A stretch of 64,000 nt of DNA, from positions 186,001 through 250,000 of the forward strand of contig JAVHYY010000049.1 of the NCBI GenBank assembly GCA_035221665.1, given 5' to 3'. This DNA is from Okamejei kenojei (lineage: Eukaryota). The notes beneath the pieces were generated by a model. That model was not told where the DNA came from, did no database searches, and saw only the letters and a list, made by a program, of their open reading frames with translations. The position numbers were made by a program, and so were the translations under genes. Of the stretch, positions 52,135 to 64,000 are shown one piece after another. Position 1 is the first letter of the stretch. The number at the start of each line of letters is the position of its first letter.

Positions 52135-52980
52135 TCATTGAGTCATATTGCAGGGAAATAGGCCCTTAGGCCCTGCTTGCGCATCCAGACCAAGATGTCC
52201 CATCTAAACTAGTACCACTTGCTGCGTTTATTTCCTTAATCCCACATCCCACTAAATATTTCCTATCTATGTATCTGTACACGTGTCTTTAAATGTTGTC
52301 ATAGCTTCATGCCTCATCAACCTACACAGGCCGCTTATTTCATAGTCCCGCCAACCTCTGCGTAAAAAACCGCTCCCCAGAATCATGTTAATTCTTTCCA
52401 CTTCTTTCTTAAACCTATGTTATCTGGTTCTTGTTTACCATGCTCAAGCCAAAATACTCTGTGTATCGGTGCTATCTACTCTTCTCTTGATCTTATAAAA
52501 CACTATAAGATCACCAAATCTTTCTATGCTCCAAGGAATACTGCGCTTGCCTGCTCAATCCCTCCCTATAGCTCAGACTCTCAATACCTGCCAACATCCT
52601 CGCAAATCTTCTCTACACTCTTTGCAGATTAATAACTTATTTCCTGTAGCAGGCTAACCAAACTTGAACACAATACTCAAATAGTGGCCATGCCTGCGCC
52701 TTGTACAGCTGCAATCTAACATCCCAACAAATATACTCTATGCTCAACGACTGATGACGTTGAATATACCGATTTTTTTTCTTGACCGCCTTATCTACCT
52801 GTGATGCCACTTTGAAGGAACTGTGTCCCTGCACTCAAAGATCCCTCTGCTATCCACACTCCCCAAAGCGGTGCCATTTACTGCGACTGTCTTGCCCTGG
52901 TTAGACTTCCCAACACCTCACATTTATCTGCATTAAACTCCATTAACCATTCCTCAGCCCACTTGCCCAACTGATTAAGA
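52135..52980 (-). mobile_element. Old CR1 3' fragment
   Basis: WAEEWLMEFNADKCEV and LQLYKA..FEYCVQ fragments. Confidence 0.8.
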
Positions 52981-53297
52981 TATATAATTAAAATGGTCGT
53001 GTGGCGATGGCTCTTGTACAGGTTGCTCTGAGAGGTAGGTATCTCTTCACTTGGACAGCGGCTACACTTGGACAGCTGTGTTTTGGTTTTCATATTGACT
53101 CAGTGACTCACCAACACCCTTCACACTTTCTCCATCTCTGCACTAATTGATGGATATTGCGATCTGGATGAGTGAAAGTTCCTCCAGTCAAGTATCGGGA
53201 GCACCGTCACCATTGTCCGCAGTCCATCCCCAGAACCCCTTACCCCGACCTAGGAAGCCCCCTCCTGCAGTGCTATAACCACCAACTTCTCCGCTTC

Positions 53298-56020
53298 GCA
53301 GGTGGGCAGAGGAGGGGGGGGGGGGTAGTTCTGCTGGTGAGGGACGGAATTCAGTCCCTTGCGAGGAAAGAGATACGGACTGACGAGGTAGAGTCACTGT
53401 GGATTGCGTTGAGGAATTGTAAAGGCAAGAAGACAGTAATTGGTGTTATTTACAGACCCCCAAATAGTAGCCCGGATGCAGGGTGTAAGTTGCAGCAGGA
53501 GTTTAAACTGGCATGTAACAAAGGTAATGCCACTGTGGTGATGGGGATTTCAATATTCAGGTAGACTGGGAAAATCAGGTCGGTTGAGGACAACAAGAAA
53601 GAGAGTTTGTAGAATACCTCCGAGATGGATTCTTAGAGCAGCTTGTAATGGAGCCGACCAGAGAAAAGGCAATTCTGGATTTAGTGTTGTCCAATGAACC
53701 ATATATGATAAGAGAACTCGAGGTAAAGGAACCGCTTGGTGGTAGTGATCATGATACGATTAATTTTAATCTACAATTTGAGAAGGAGAACGTTAAATCG
53801 GAAGTGGCAGTGATGCAGTTGAACAAAGGGGACTATGAAGGCATGAGAGGGGAGCTGGCCAAGGTAAACTGGAAAGGGATCCTAGCAGGAATGACGGTGG
53901 AACAGCAATGGCAGGAATTTCTGGGCATAATATGGAAGACGCAGGTTCATTTCATTCCAAAAAGGAAGACAGATTCTGAGGGGAGTAGGAGGCAACCGTG
54001 GCTGACAAGAGAAGTTAGGGATAGAATAAAACTAAAAGAAAATATGTATAACACAGCAAAGAGTAGCCGGAAGCTGGAGGATTGGGAAACTTTCATAGGA
54101 CAACAGAAGGAAACAAAACGGGCAATAGGGGCTGAAAAGATGAAGTACGAGGGGAAGCTGGCCAGGAATATAAAGAAGGACAGTAAAAGCTTCTTTAGAT
54201 ATGTTAAGGGAAAAAGAGTAGCAAAGTCAAATGTGGGTTGCTTGAAGGCGGACACGGGTGAAATAATTATGGGCAACAAGGAAATGGCAGAAGAGTTGAA
54301 TAGGTACTTCTGATCTGTCTTCACTAAGGAAGACACAAACAATCTCCCAGATGTACTGAGGACAGAGGATCTAAGGGGGTAGAAGAACTGGAAGAAGTTT
54401 TCATTAGGCGAGAATTAGTATTGAGTAGCTTAATGGGACTGAAGAATGATAAATCCTCTGGGCCTGATGGTCTGCATCCCAGGGTCCTCAGGGAGGTGGC
54501 TCTAGAAACAGGGGACGCATTGGTGATTAATTTCCAATATTCAATAGATTCAGGATCAGTTCCTGTGGATTGGAGGATAGCTAATGTTATCCCACTTTTC
54601 AAGAAAGGAGCGAGAGAGAAAACGGGGAATTACAGACCAGTTAGCCTGACTTCGGTGGAGGTAATAATTGTGCATTTGGATAGCAGTAAAAGCAGTAGTC
54701 CAAGTCCACATGGATTTATGAAAGGGAAATGATGCTTGACTAATATTCTGGAATTTTTTGAGGATGTGCCAAGTAAAATGGATGAAGGGGTGCCAGTGGA
54801 TGTAGTGTATCTAGACTTTCAGAAAGCCATTGATAAGGTCCCGCACGGGAGACTGGTGACTAAAATTAGAGCACATGGTATTGGGGGTAGGGTGTTGACA
54901 TGGATAGAAAATTGGTTGGCAGACCGGAAGCAAAGAGTAGGAGTGAACGGGTCCTTTTCAGGATGGCAGGCAGTGGCGAGAGGAGTGCCGCAAGGCCCGG
55001 TGTTGGGGCCGCAATTGTTTACCATATATATAAATGATTTTGAAGAGGGAATTAGGAGCAACACCAGCAAGTTTGCGGATGACACAAAGCTGGGCGGCAG
55101 TGTGAACTGTGAAGAGGATGTTAGGAGGTTGCAGGGGGACATGGACAGTGACCTTAAGTGAGTGGGCAGATGCGTGGCAGATGCAGTATAATATAGATAA
55201 ATGTGAGGTTATCCACTTTGGCGGCAAAAATAAGGGGGCAGATTATTATCTCAATGGGGTTAGGTTAGGTAAGGGGAGGTACAGCGAGACCTGGGTGTCC
55301 TTGTACACCAGTCACTGAAAGTTGGCGCGCAAGTACAGCAGGCAGTGAAGGAAGCTAATGGAATATTGGCCTCTTGTTATGAAGATACAGTACAGCAGTA
55401 AAGAGGTTCTTCTGCAGTTGTATAGGGCTCTGGTAAAACACGGGTGACCACATCTGGAGTATTGTGTACAGTTTTGGTCTCCTAATTTGAGGAAGGACTT
55501 CCTTGTGATTGAGGCAGTGCAGCGAAGGTTCACGAGATTGATCTCTGGGATGGCGGGACTGTCATATGAGGAAAGATTGAAAAGGCTAGGCTTGTATTCA
55601 CTGGAGTTTAGAAGGATGAGGGGCATCTTATAGAAACATATAGAATTATAAATGGACTGGAGAAGCTAGATGCAGGAAAAATGTTCCCAATGCTGGGTGA
55701 GTCCAGAACCAGGGGCATAGTCTTAGAATAAAGGGGAGGTCATTTAAGACTGAGCTGAGAAAAAACTTTTTTACCCAGAGAGTTGTGAATTTATGGAATT
55801 CCCTGTCACACAGGGCAGTGGAGGCCAAATCACTGGATGGGTTTAAGAGAGAGTTGGATAAAGCTCTCGGGGCTCGTGGAGTCAAGGGATATGGGGAGAA
55901 GGCAGGCACGGGTTATTCACAGCGGACGATCAGCCATGATCACAATGAATGGCGGTGCTGGCTCGAAGGGCCTAACGTCCTCCTCCTGCACCTATATTCT
56001 ATGTTTCTATGTTTCTATGC
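53298..56020 (+). mobile_element. CR1 LINE, near-complete ORF2 (frameshifted) plus tail
   Basis: GGGVVLLVR, GVIYRPP, PTREKAILDLVL, GSDH, NYRPVSLTS, GVPQGPVLGP, FADDTKL; (TTTCTATG)n tail. Confidence 0.95.
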
Positions 56021-56329
56021 ATCATTCCCTACTACTGGTCCATAAATCTAACTGAGGACGCCATGAGCGTTCCTGCCTTCGCCTGAAATAATCGTGAGCT
56101 CTGGAACTCTGAACCTCTGCGCCTCACTGTGCTCCAGTAGCATACACTTTAAGGCCACACTTCGGACGGAGCGTTTGCTGTTCTGTCCGGGTGCCTTCCC
56201 CTGTATTCTGGTGCCAATGTTTTACGCATAACTACGCATCAGCTTGCGTGGTCTTGATTTATTAAATAGTCTCTTGTAATCTCTTGCAGTTTGGGGTATG
56301 TCAGAGGCATGTCCTATAGACTCTATATT

Positions 56330-57235
56330 CCATAGTGTGCCACGGTGTCGGCGCCGGGCCCACTGCTATTTGTCATTTACATCAAATCTGAATGAGAATA
56401 TGTAAGGCGTGATTACTTAGTTTGCAGATGCCACAAAGCTAGATAGTAATGCAAACATTGAACAAAGGTTATCAGGGTTTACAGCAGGATCTTGATCAGT
56501 TAAGCAATTTGTACTCAGGAACGTCTAGTGGAGTGTAATGCAGATAACTGCAAGGTGTTGCATTTGGGAAGACAAGCCAGGGCAGGAGCTTCACAGTAAA
56601 GGCTTGGGGTGTGTTATGGAGCAGAGGGATTCAGAGTACAGGTAACTAGTTCCCCGAAAGTGGCGTCATGGGTAGAAAGGGAGTATTGTAGTGCAGAGAT
56701 AGCCAGGAGTGCAGATATATAGTTCCTTGGAAGTGTCGTCACTAATAGACAGGGACGCTTGCAGGCCAGAGGGATCTAGAATACAGGTACAACGTTACCT
56801 GAAAGTGGCGTCATGGGTAGACAGTGTGATGAGGAAGTCTTTTGGACCATTGTCCTTTATCGGTCTGGTATTAAGTATAGTAGTTAGTATCAGATATTTT
56901 CAGGAAAAGATGATGAGGCCGCATTTGGAGTATCGCATTCAGATGTGGTCACCCTGATAAAGGAAATATGTAATTCAGCTAGAAAATGTGCAACGTAGAT
57001 TCACCAGCGTGTTGCAAGAACTCGAGTATCTGAGCTACAGGGTTGAGCAGACTACGACTTTATCCCCTGGAGTACGAGGAGTACGAGAGGGGTGGTCATT
57101 TTGAGAGATGTTAAATCATCAGGGTGATAGAAAGTGTGAATGCACAGAGCCTTTGTTCCAGGGAAGGGGAATTAAGAATTAGAGGGAATGGGTTTAAGGT
57201 GAGAAGGGTGAAATGTAGGTGGAATATAATGGGCT
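56330..57235 (+). mobile_element. Old CR1 RT/3' fragment
   Basis: tttgcagatgccacaaag, RPHLEY.IQ.WSP fragments. Confidence 0.75.
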
Positions 57236-57789
57236 GGGACGGGGGGGGGGGGGGGGGGGCGGAGGCTGCTGTTGAGGTTGGGAGATGGGGAGTAATATCG
57301 ATAGAACAGTTCAATGACGAATTGAGACATTTTTCTTTCTCCCTCAGTGTCATCGGGGCAATCAGACGCGGGTCATTCCAGTGACCACCACGTTGGCGAA
57401 TGTTGGCGAGGCCGCCAGCCGTGTGTGTGAGAGGCGCTGATGCAGCTGCGCCCTTGTCATCTCCCCGAGGGACTCTGTCGGTGCTGTCCTGGGCTTTATT
57501 TAGCTGTCCACGCACAAATCCATGCTGTTTTTGGTTGTTTGTGTAGCGAGGCAGGTGTTGCGGTCGCTCGGACCCTGCGAGGGAGGAGGGAGAGACGGAG
57601 CACCATTTAACCCACATGTTAATATTCAGAAACTGGACGACATTGAACCTAAAATTGAATCCTTGAGAAATAATTCTCATAAATTACAATTTCAAGCCAT
57701 GAACTTCAATATTTTAATCGATAATAAGTTGATTTGATAATATTTTATGATAAAAGAGATCGCTGCGGGGGAGAGGGAGAAAGCGGCGA

Positions 57790-58333
57790 GTTTACCAGCT
57801 GCAACTGGTCCAAAACGCCGCAGCGAGACTCCTGATGGGTGTCCGAAAAAGGGATCACATCACCCCGATCCTGGCCTCTCTCCACTGGCTCTCTGTGCGG
57901 TTCCGAATTAACTTCAAGACCCTCCTCTTTGTCTACAAAGCCCTCAATGGGCTTGCACCCACCTACATTAAAAGTCTTCTCACCCACTACACCACCTCCA
58001 GGTCCCTCAGATCGGCCGACTTGGGTTGCTGAATGTCCCGCAGTCCAGGCATAAGCTCAGGGGTGATCGCGCCTTTGCGGTCGCAGCTCCTAGACTGTGG
58101 AACAGCATCCCCCTCCCCATTAGAACTGCCCCCTCCATCGACTCCTTTAAGTCTAGTCTAAAAACGTATCTGTTCTCCCAAGCCTTTCCTGACATCCTCT
58201 GAGCGAGGGCTATTTGTATATATGTATGTAGCCTGCTTGTGTATACTACTCTTATAACAAATGTAACGCTCTTTGATCAATGAGAGTTGTTTTTTAAATG
58301 TGCTACATAAATAAATGTGACTTGACTTGACTT
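57790..58333 (+). mobile_element. L2 LINE 3' end
   Basis: LQLVQNAAARLL..RDHITPILASLHWL.V.FRI.FK, GDRAFAVAAPRLWN, FKSSLKTYLF; (TGACT)n tail. Confidence 0.92.
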
Positions 58334-58694
58334 CCTTGTATTAAATATATAATATTAGGGGGAGCGGGGACTGGAATCATCACCAGGGAAATATCAGGAT
58401 ATCAAAACGACCCGGGACCTCACCCGCACACTCCGATCTTAAAGATGGACATTGCTGTGATGCGAGGGTCAATGCTTCATTCTCAGACACAGCTGGGAAT
58501 AAAAACTTCTGGCCTGTTGCTACGTTTACTGCAATCACGGGTGACTTTTCCCACAGCGCTGTCTTGCACAATGCCCAGACACCCAGATCCCTTAGTGCCG
58601 AAGTATTGATGACCCCCAGCCTGGAACATATACAGTCAAAGTCCACCCGCGCAGCTGATCCAGAGTAAGTTGTCATCCATGATCATTAACGACA

Positions 58695-59345
58695 GCAGTA
58701 GAATTAGGCCATTCGGCCCATAAAGTCTACTCCGCCATTTAATGCTGGCTGATCTAACCCCATTCTCCTGCCTTCTCACCATTGCCTCTCACACCCATAC
58801 TAATTAAGAATCTATCTATCTCTTCCTTAAATGTATACACTGACATTGCCTCCACAGCCTCCTGCGGCAAATAATTCCACAGATTAACCTCTCTAAAGAT
58901 ATTCCTCCTCCTCTCCTTCCTAAAAGTACGTCATTTAATTCCGATGCTATGAGTTCTGGTCCTAGATTCTCCCACTAATGGAAACATCCTCTTCACATCA
59001 CCCTATCCAAGTCATTCACTATTGTGTACGTCTCAATGTGGTCCCCCAACACCCACACTTTTCTAAACTCCAACGAATATAGGCCCAGTACCGTCAAACG
59101 CTCACAATATGTTAACCTACACATTCCTGGGATCAATATTGTAAACCTCCTCTGGACCCTCTCCAGAGCTAGCTCATCTTTCCTCAGATACGTTACCCAA
59201 AATTGCTCACAATATTCTAAATACGCCGTGACCAACGCCTTGTAGAGCCTGTTTTTGTAGGTAAGCTCCTTAGCAATAAAAGCTTTCTTTACGACTGATT
59301 CGTCTTGCAGATTAAGTTTTTGGGACACCTGCATCAGCACTCTCA
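58695..59345 (-). mobile_element. CR1 3' fragment
   Basis: ORF 58993-59346 LYKALV..LEYC.QFW..ERVQRRFT. Confidence 0.85.
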
Positions 59346-59539
59346 AATTGTTCGGATATCGAAAAATATTACAGGCTCTTAATCAACTGCGCTGGTGGGC
59401 CGAGGAATGCCTAATGGTGAATTAATGTACATAAGTGAGAGATGTAGTTCGCAAATTCAAACTCGGGCAGCACATTCACAACGAATAGCAGGGCCCACGT
59501 AGCGTTGGAGAGCAAAGGGATCATGAGTACAGGTCAAAT

Positions 59540-60200
59540 GTGTGGGAAGGAACTACAGATGCTGGTTTAAACCAAAGATAGACACAAAAAGTTGGAGTAA
59601 CTCTGCGGCGAAGGCAGCATCTCTGGACAGACGTACTGGGTGACTTTCTGGTTGAGACCCTTCCTCAGACTAGTTCAGGTCAAGGGAAACCAGAGATATA
59701 GACGACGATTGTGGAGAGAAAAAGAACAATGAATAAAATAAAATGAAAACAGGTCATGGAGGAAACAGGCCTTTGTTAGCCGTTTGTTGGGTGAAAACGA
59801 GAAGCTAGTGCGACTTGGGTGGGTGAGATATAGGAAGAGAGGGAATGATGGGGCTACACGAAGAGTGGGAATCGATATTGTAAATTGCCCAAGCGAAATA
59901 TGAGATGCTGTTCCTCCAATATGCATGTAGCTTCACTCTGACAATGGAGGAGACCTGGGACAGAATGGTCGTGTTCACCCAAGAAAGAGCTAACAAAGGC
60001 CTGTTTCCTTTATCGTCGGTACTTTTTTACATATATTTCATTAATTGTATTTTATCTCTCTACATCATCCCCTTTGTCTCTCGTTTCCCTTGCCCTTAAC
60101 CAGTCTGAAGAAGGGTCTGGACCCGAAACGTCACCCATTCCTTCTCTGTAGAGATGCTGCCTATCCCGCTGAGTTACTCCAGCTTTATTTGTCTATCTTG
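59540..60200. mobile_element. Penelope-like end: inverted terminal-repeat pair around a short internal fragment, inserted in an old CR1
   Basis: 59570-59785 is the reverse complement of ~59985-60200 (e.g. aacaggcctttgttagc / gctaacaaaggcctgtt; ggagtaactc / gagttactcc). Confidence 0.7.
60105..60132 (+). ncRNA. Minimal hammerhead ribozyme core (Penelope type)
   Basis: CTGAAGA-A-GGGTC-TG-GACCC-GAAAC-GTC: intact catalytic boxes, perfect 5-bp stem II, palindromic ACGT mini-stem III. Confidence 0.6.
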
Positions 60201-61789
60201 GGATACAGGTACACAGTTCCCTGAAAGTGTCACGCATAGACAGGGTGGTTCAAAAAGGCCTTTTGTGCATTCGCATTGTTGAGGCTGCATTTGGAGTATT
60301 GTGTTCACAAGTGATCACGCTGCCATAGAATGTTATGAAAATCATGACGGAAACAGATGGAGTAGAATCACTGTGCTTTTTACAAGAGGGTTGTGATCAA
60401 AACCAAATGTTTGATGTGACATGGGCAAGATTTAGAAAGAACTTGAGGATGAAATTTTGAACTCAATGAGTGGTAGGTATATGGAGCGAGCTGCCAGAGG
60501 AGATAGTGACGGCAGATACAACAACAACATTAATAAGATACTTGGGCAGGTACATGGTCAGGGAATGTTAATAGGGATATGGCCCAAACGTAGTTAGCAT
60601 GGACGAGTTCGGCGTGTTTCCCGGTGGTATGACTATGATACTGTGACGGAGCATCTTTGGGCCTCTGGAGGAGAGAGTGTCAGGATCAACACTCCCAGAA
60701 TGAAGGGAGTTCGTCTGTTTAATTCCCCATTCTCTCCCATCTTTAGTTTTCCCAGCCAAAGAAAACAGACTCCCTGCATTCACTTTGTGGTCCAACCAAT
60801 GTGTTGTCATTCAACATCATTGCCTCTTATCGTCCTCAGCTTCCACGAATTAGACAGTCCCCTTTCAATCTATCCGCATGGGACACGCCTCTCATCACAA
60901 AAATGCAGGCCCGGCTACGCCGACCAATACTGTTGACTGGGGAAGGAGAATGAATACTAAAAACTTGTACATATGAAACAAGACCCCAGCCCTCTTGCTA
61001 CCTGACCTCCTTCTCCAATAGCTTGAAAATGGCCTAAATTAGCATCACCTGTGTATGAGGTTTCTTTCGTTCATGGGTCAGCATAGGATAACTACGTATG
61101 TGAACAGTCATTGAAAACCATCACCCATATGCTGTATGCTACATGCTATATTGTTCATGCTATATACATATATAGAGCTACGCAACATGGAATCAGCCCC
61201 TTCGACCTATCTTGTCCATGTTGACCAGTTTGGCGCATTGGGCTCGAATCATTTACCAGAATGCGACCTGTGGCCTTATAATTCCTTCCGATCCAATATC
61301 TATCCAAATACTTTTTAAACATCCTAATCGTATCCGTCTGCTCATTTCTCTGGCAGTCTATTCCAGATATGATCAATTAACGTTTTCTATACACGCACAT
61401 CCAAATATCTTATAAATGTTGTTATAGTACATGACACAACTGCTTCCTCTGGCAGCTCATTTATACCCACTCGCGTCTATGTGAATACGCTGCCTCTCAG
61501 ATTCCTCTAAAATGTTTCCCGTCTCATCTTTAACATTGCCCTCTAGTTTCTGATCAGCCCTGGGTAAAATAATGTGCATTCCCACTATCTATTCGCCTCA
61601 TGATTTTATACACCTCTTATAAATGAGCCCACTGTCCTCAAAAAAACTAAAGTCGTTGCATGCCAAATATCTCTCTATGGCACAGGCAGCCAAGGTCTGG
61701 CAACACCCTAGAAAATCTTCTCTGCAAGCTTACCATCGTAACCGCATATTTTCTATCGGCGTGTCACTGTGTTAACATGCCTATTATTC

Positions 61790-62170
61790 TCGGGTGATCT
61801 TATAGAGGTGTACAAAATCATGAGAGGAATAGACCGGTTAGATGCACAGAGTCTTTTGATCAGAGTAGGGAAATCGAGGACCAGAGGACATAGGTTCGAG
61901 GTGAAGGAGAAAAGATTAATTGGAATTCATGGGGTAACTTTTTCACGCAAATGGAGTTCGATGTATGAAACAAGCTGCAAGAAGAGATAGTTCAGGTTGG
62001 GATTATCTCATCATTTGAACAATAGTTAGACAGGTACATGGATAGGACAGGTTTGCAGGGATATGGACCATTCGCAGGCAGGTGGGTGCAGTGTAGCTGG
62101 GACATGCTGAAAGGTGTGGACAGGTTGGGCCGAAGGCCCTGTTTCCACACTGTATCACTCTATGACTCTG
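61790..62170 (+). mobile_element. CR1 3' fragment
   Basis: GDLIEVYKIMRGIDR..RTRGHRF; 3' end gggccgaaggccctgtttcc. Confidence 0.85.
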
Positions 62171-63868
62171 GGAGAGTGGGAAGGAATCCTTTACAGTGAC
62201 AGAGACCCTTCAACAAATCGTGTCGGGAGCAATTGCAGATGCAGGTGTAAACCGAAGATAGACATAAAAAAGTTGGAGTCAGGGAGGAATTCTGGACCAA
62301 AGGAATAGGTGATGTTTCGGGTCACGCCCCTTCACCAGAAGAGATGCTGCCGGACCCGCTGAGCTACTCGAGCATTTTGTGCCTATCCCCTTAACATCTT
62401 CACCGACACAGACGAACCGATCCGCCACTGGCTGCTCTGTACCTTGCATCGCACGAATGAGTGCAGCTCATCATTCAGTCCATTGGTTGATGTGCGGTAT
62501 AGAAATGTAACGATTCACTTCCGCGCTATGAATCTGCTGTTTCGCATCACCTCCCAAATGTTCATTGAGTGCTCTCTATTGCCACCACATGGGCAATGGT
62601 TTAACAGGATATCTGGCCACATTACGATTGGTTCCTGCAGCCAGGACATGAGAAAGTGGAATAAATGACAAAACTACCGTTATAAACTCGTCTGAAAATT
62701 GTTTGTTAGGAAGATGTGCAAGTCGCTCTTGATTTGAATGATGGTGCATAGAATTAAACAGTGTCAGGCTGTGTCTGTCATTTTCAATTACCTTCTGAGT
62801 TCAGGTAAATACTTATTACCAATGTATTTAAAAATAAAAATGCCCAAAGTGCTGGAGTAACTCAGCGGGTCAGGCAGCATCTCTGGCGAATATGGACACA
62901 GAATGCTGGAGAACATGGACAGACGACGTTTCGGGTTGGGATCCTTGGGTTGCTTTCTAACATCTCAAATTATCATGTTACCTCCAAAGTTGAAGGCACC
63001 TATAGTTGGTTTGGGAGGTCCATCATTCAGGAACATTTGAGGAATTATTTTTCGAATTGTTTGTGCTTTTAGTTCATTGTTTTTCTTTCTTTCCAGTTTT
63101 TTCAAATATGTGCTGTAGGAGGGAATTATTTGCTTTATATATACCCGCACCCTGTATTTGATTTTGAACAGATATGCACAGACACAAAATGTAACAGCTC
63201 ATCGGTCAGTGGTGAATCTGACGAACAAGTCGGTTTATTTGAGATGTATATCGGCAAATAATATGAGCAAGCCCAATCTGCTTCAATAATCTACAGTAAT
63301 AGTACAGTTTTATACCCTCATGACACAATAGGTTACTCGAAGAGTTGAAATTAACCATCCTTAATCAATGTCTCTTTAACCTTTTATCTTTGTCTTTGCA
63401 CAAAGTTAACTTTAACCTTTTGCTTCCTGGTATTTCCAAACTCCAAGAAGGAGCTGCTGAGCTGAGCTGGAGACAGCAGCTGGATTAAATCCACAGCCTG
63501 GTACCACCAGGTCTTGTGACTTTGAACACCCACTGAAAACAGTGGTGGGCTGACAAAGCTTCACCTCAACAACAGAATGTCAGACCGAAGCAACAAATTT
63601 ACGGGCCTCTGATGAGGCTCGAAACAAACCACCAATTCAGTATTCTTTTCAGAAGCCTGATATACAGGCACGAGCAAGCCAAGGTTGGCGGATGCCTGTT
63701 TATGATACATTGAGGCCTAGCCTGGGAAGAACAACAAGCCAAGGGGCTCGTGACAAAACGTCATGTTTACCGTTCCTCTGAGTCCACGGAGGGATTTAGA
63801 GTACAAATCTGTGATTTTATGTGGAATCAAATGAGAATTAGCGAGTCTCTCGCTCAACATAATATCTG

Positions 63869-64000
63869 CATAGAAACATAGAAACATAGAAAATAGGTGC
63901 AGGAGGAAGTCATTCGGCCCTTCGAATTGTGATCGTGGCTGATCGTCCCCAATCAATAACCCGTGCCTGCCTTCTCCCCATATCCCTTGATTCCACTAGT
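63869..64000 (-). mobile_element. CR1 3' end running off the window
   Basis: (CATAGAAA)n tail and aataggtgcagga..cattcggcccttcg. Confidence 0.85.

Noticed and set aside
63609-63630. CTGATGA..GAAAC hammerhead-like core
   Set aside because: Stem II is only 1 bp and there is no compatible stem I/III with an NUH site

Overview
Eukaryotic, repeat-dominated genomic DNA. It is very probably from a cartilaginous fish such as a skate or ray; this is inferred from the immunoglobulin light-chain type, its germline-joined state and the shark/ray-type SINEs. Two host genes are supported, both on the minus strand. (1) A complete, apparently intact immunoglobulin light-chain minilocus of the chondrichthyan type I/NS5 class: leader 42034-42082, a germline-joined VJ exon 41526-41885 with no RSS, C exon 39930-40258, and polyA signal 39637-39642; it encodes 245 aa. 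(2) The first five coding exons of a divergent SLC43A3-like (equilibrative nucleobase transporter 1) gene, 18321 down to 6814; its 3' exons are not visible in the window. Most of the rest is decayed CR1 LINEs (several near-full-length, one nested in another), with L2, Rex1/Babar and Penelope remnants, HE1/V-SINE-like SINEs, and a class I (epsilon/gamma-like) endogenous retrovirus remnant at about 29.6-32.3 kb. Several Penelope-derived terminal repeats carry minimal hammerhead-ribozyme cores. There are two N-gap regions. No CRISPR array, rRNA or true tRNA gene was found. Coordinates were read by hand; repeat boundaries are approximate.
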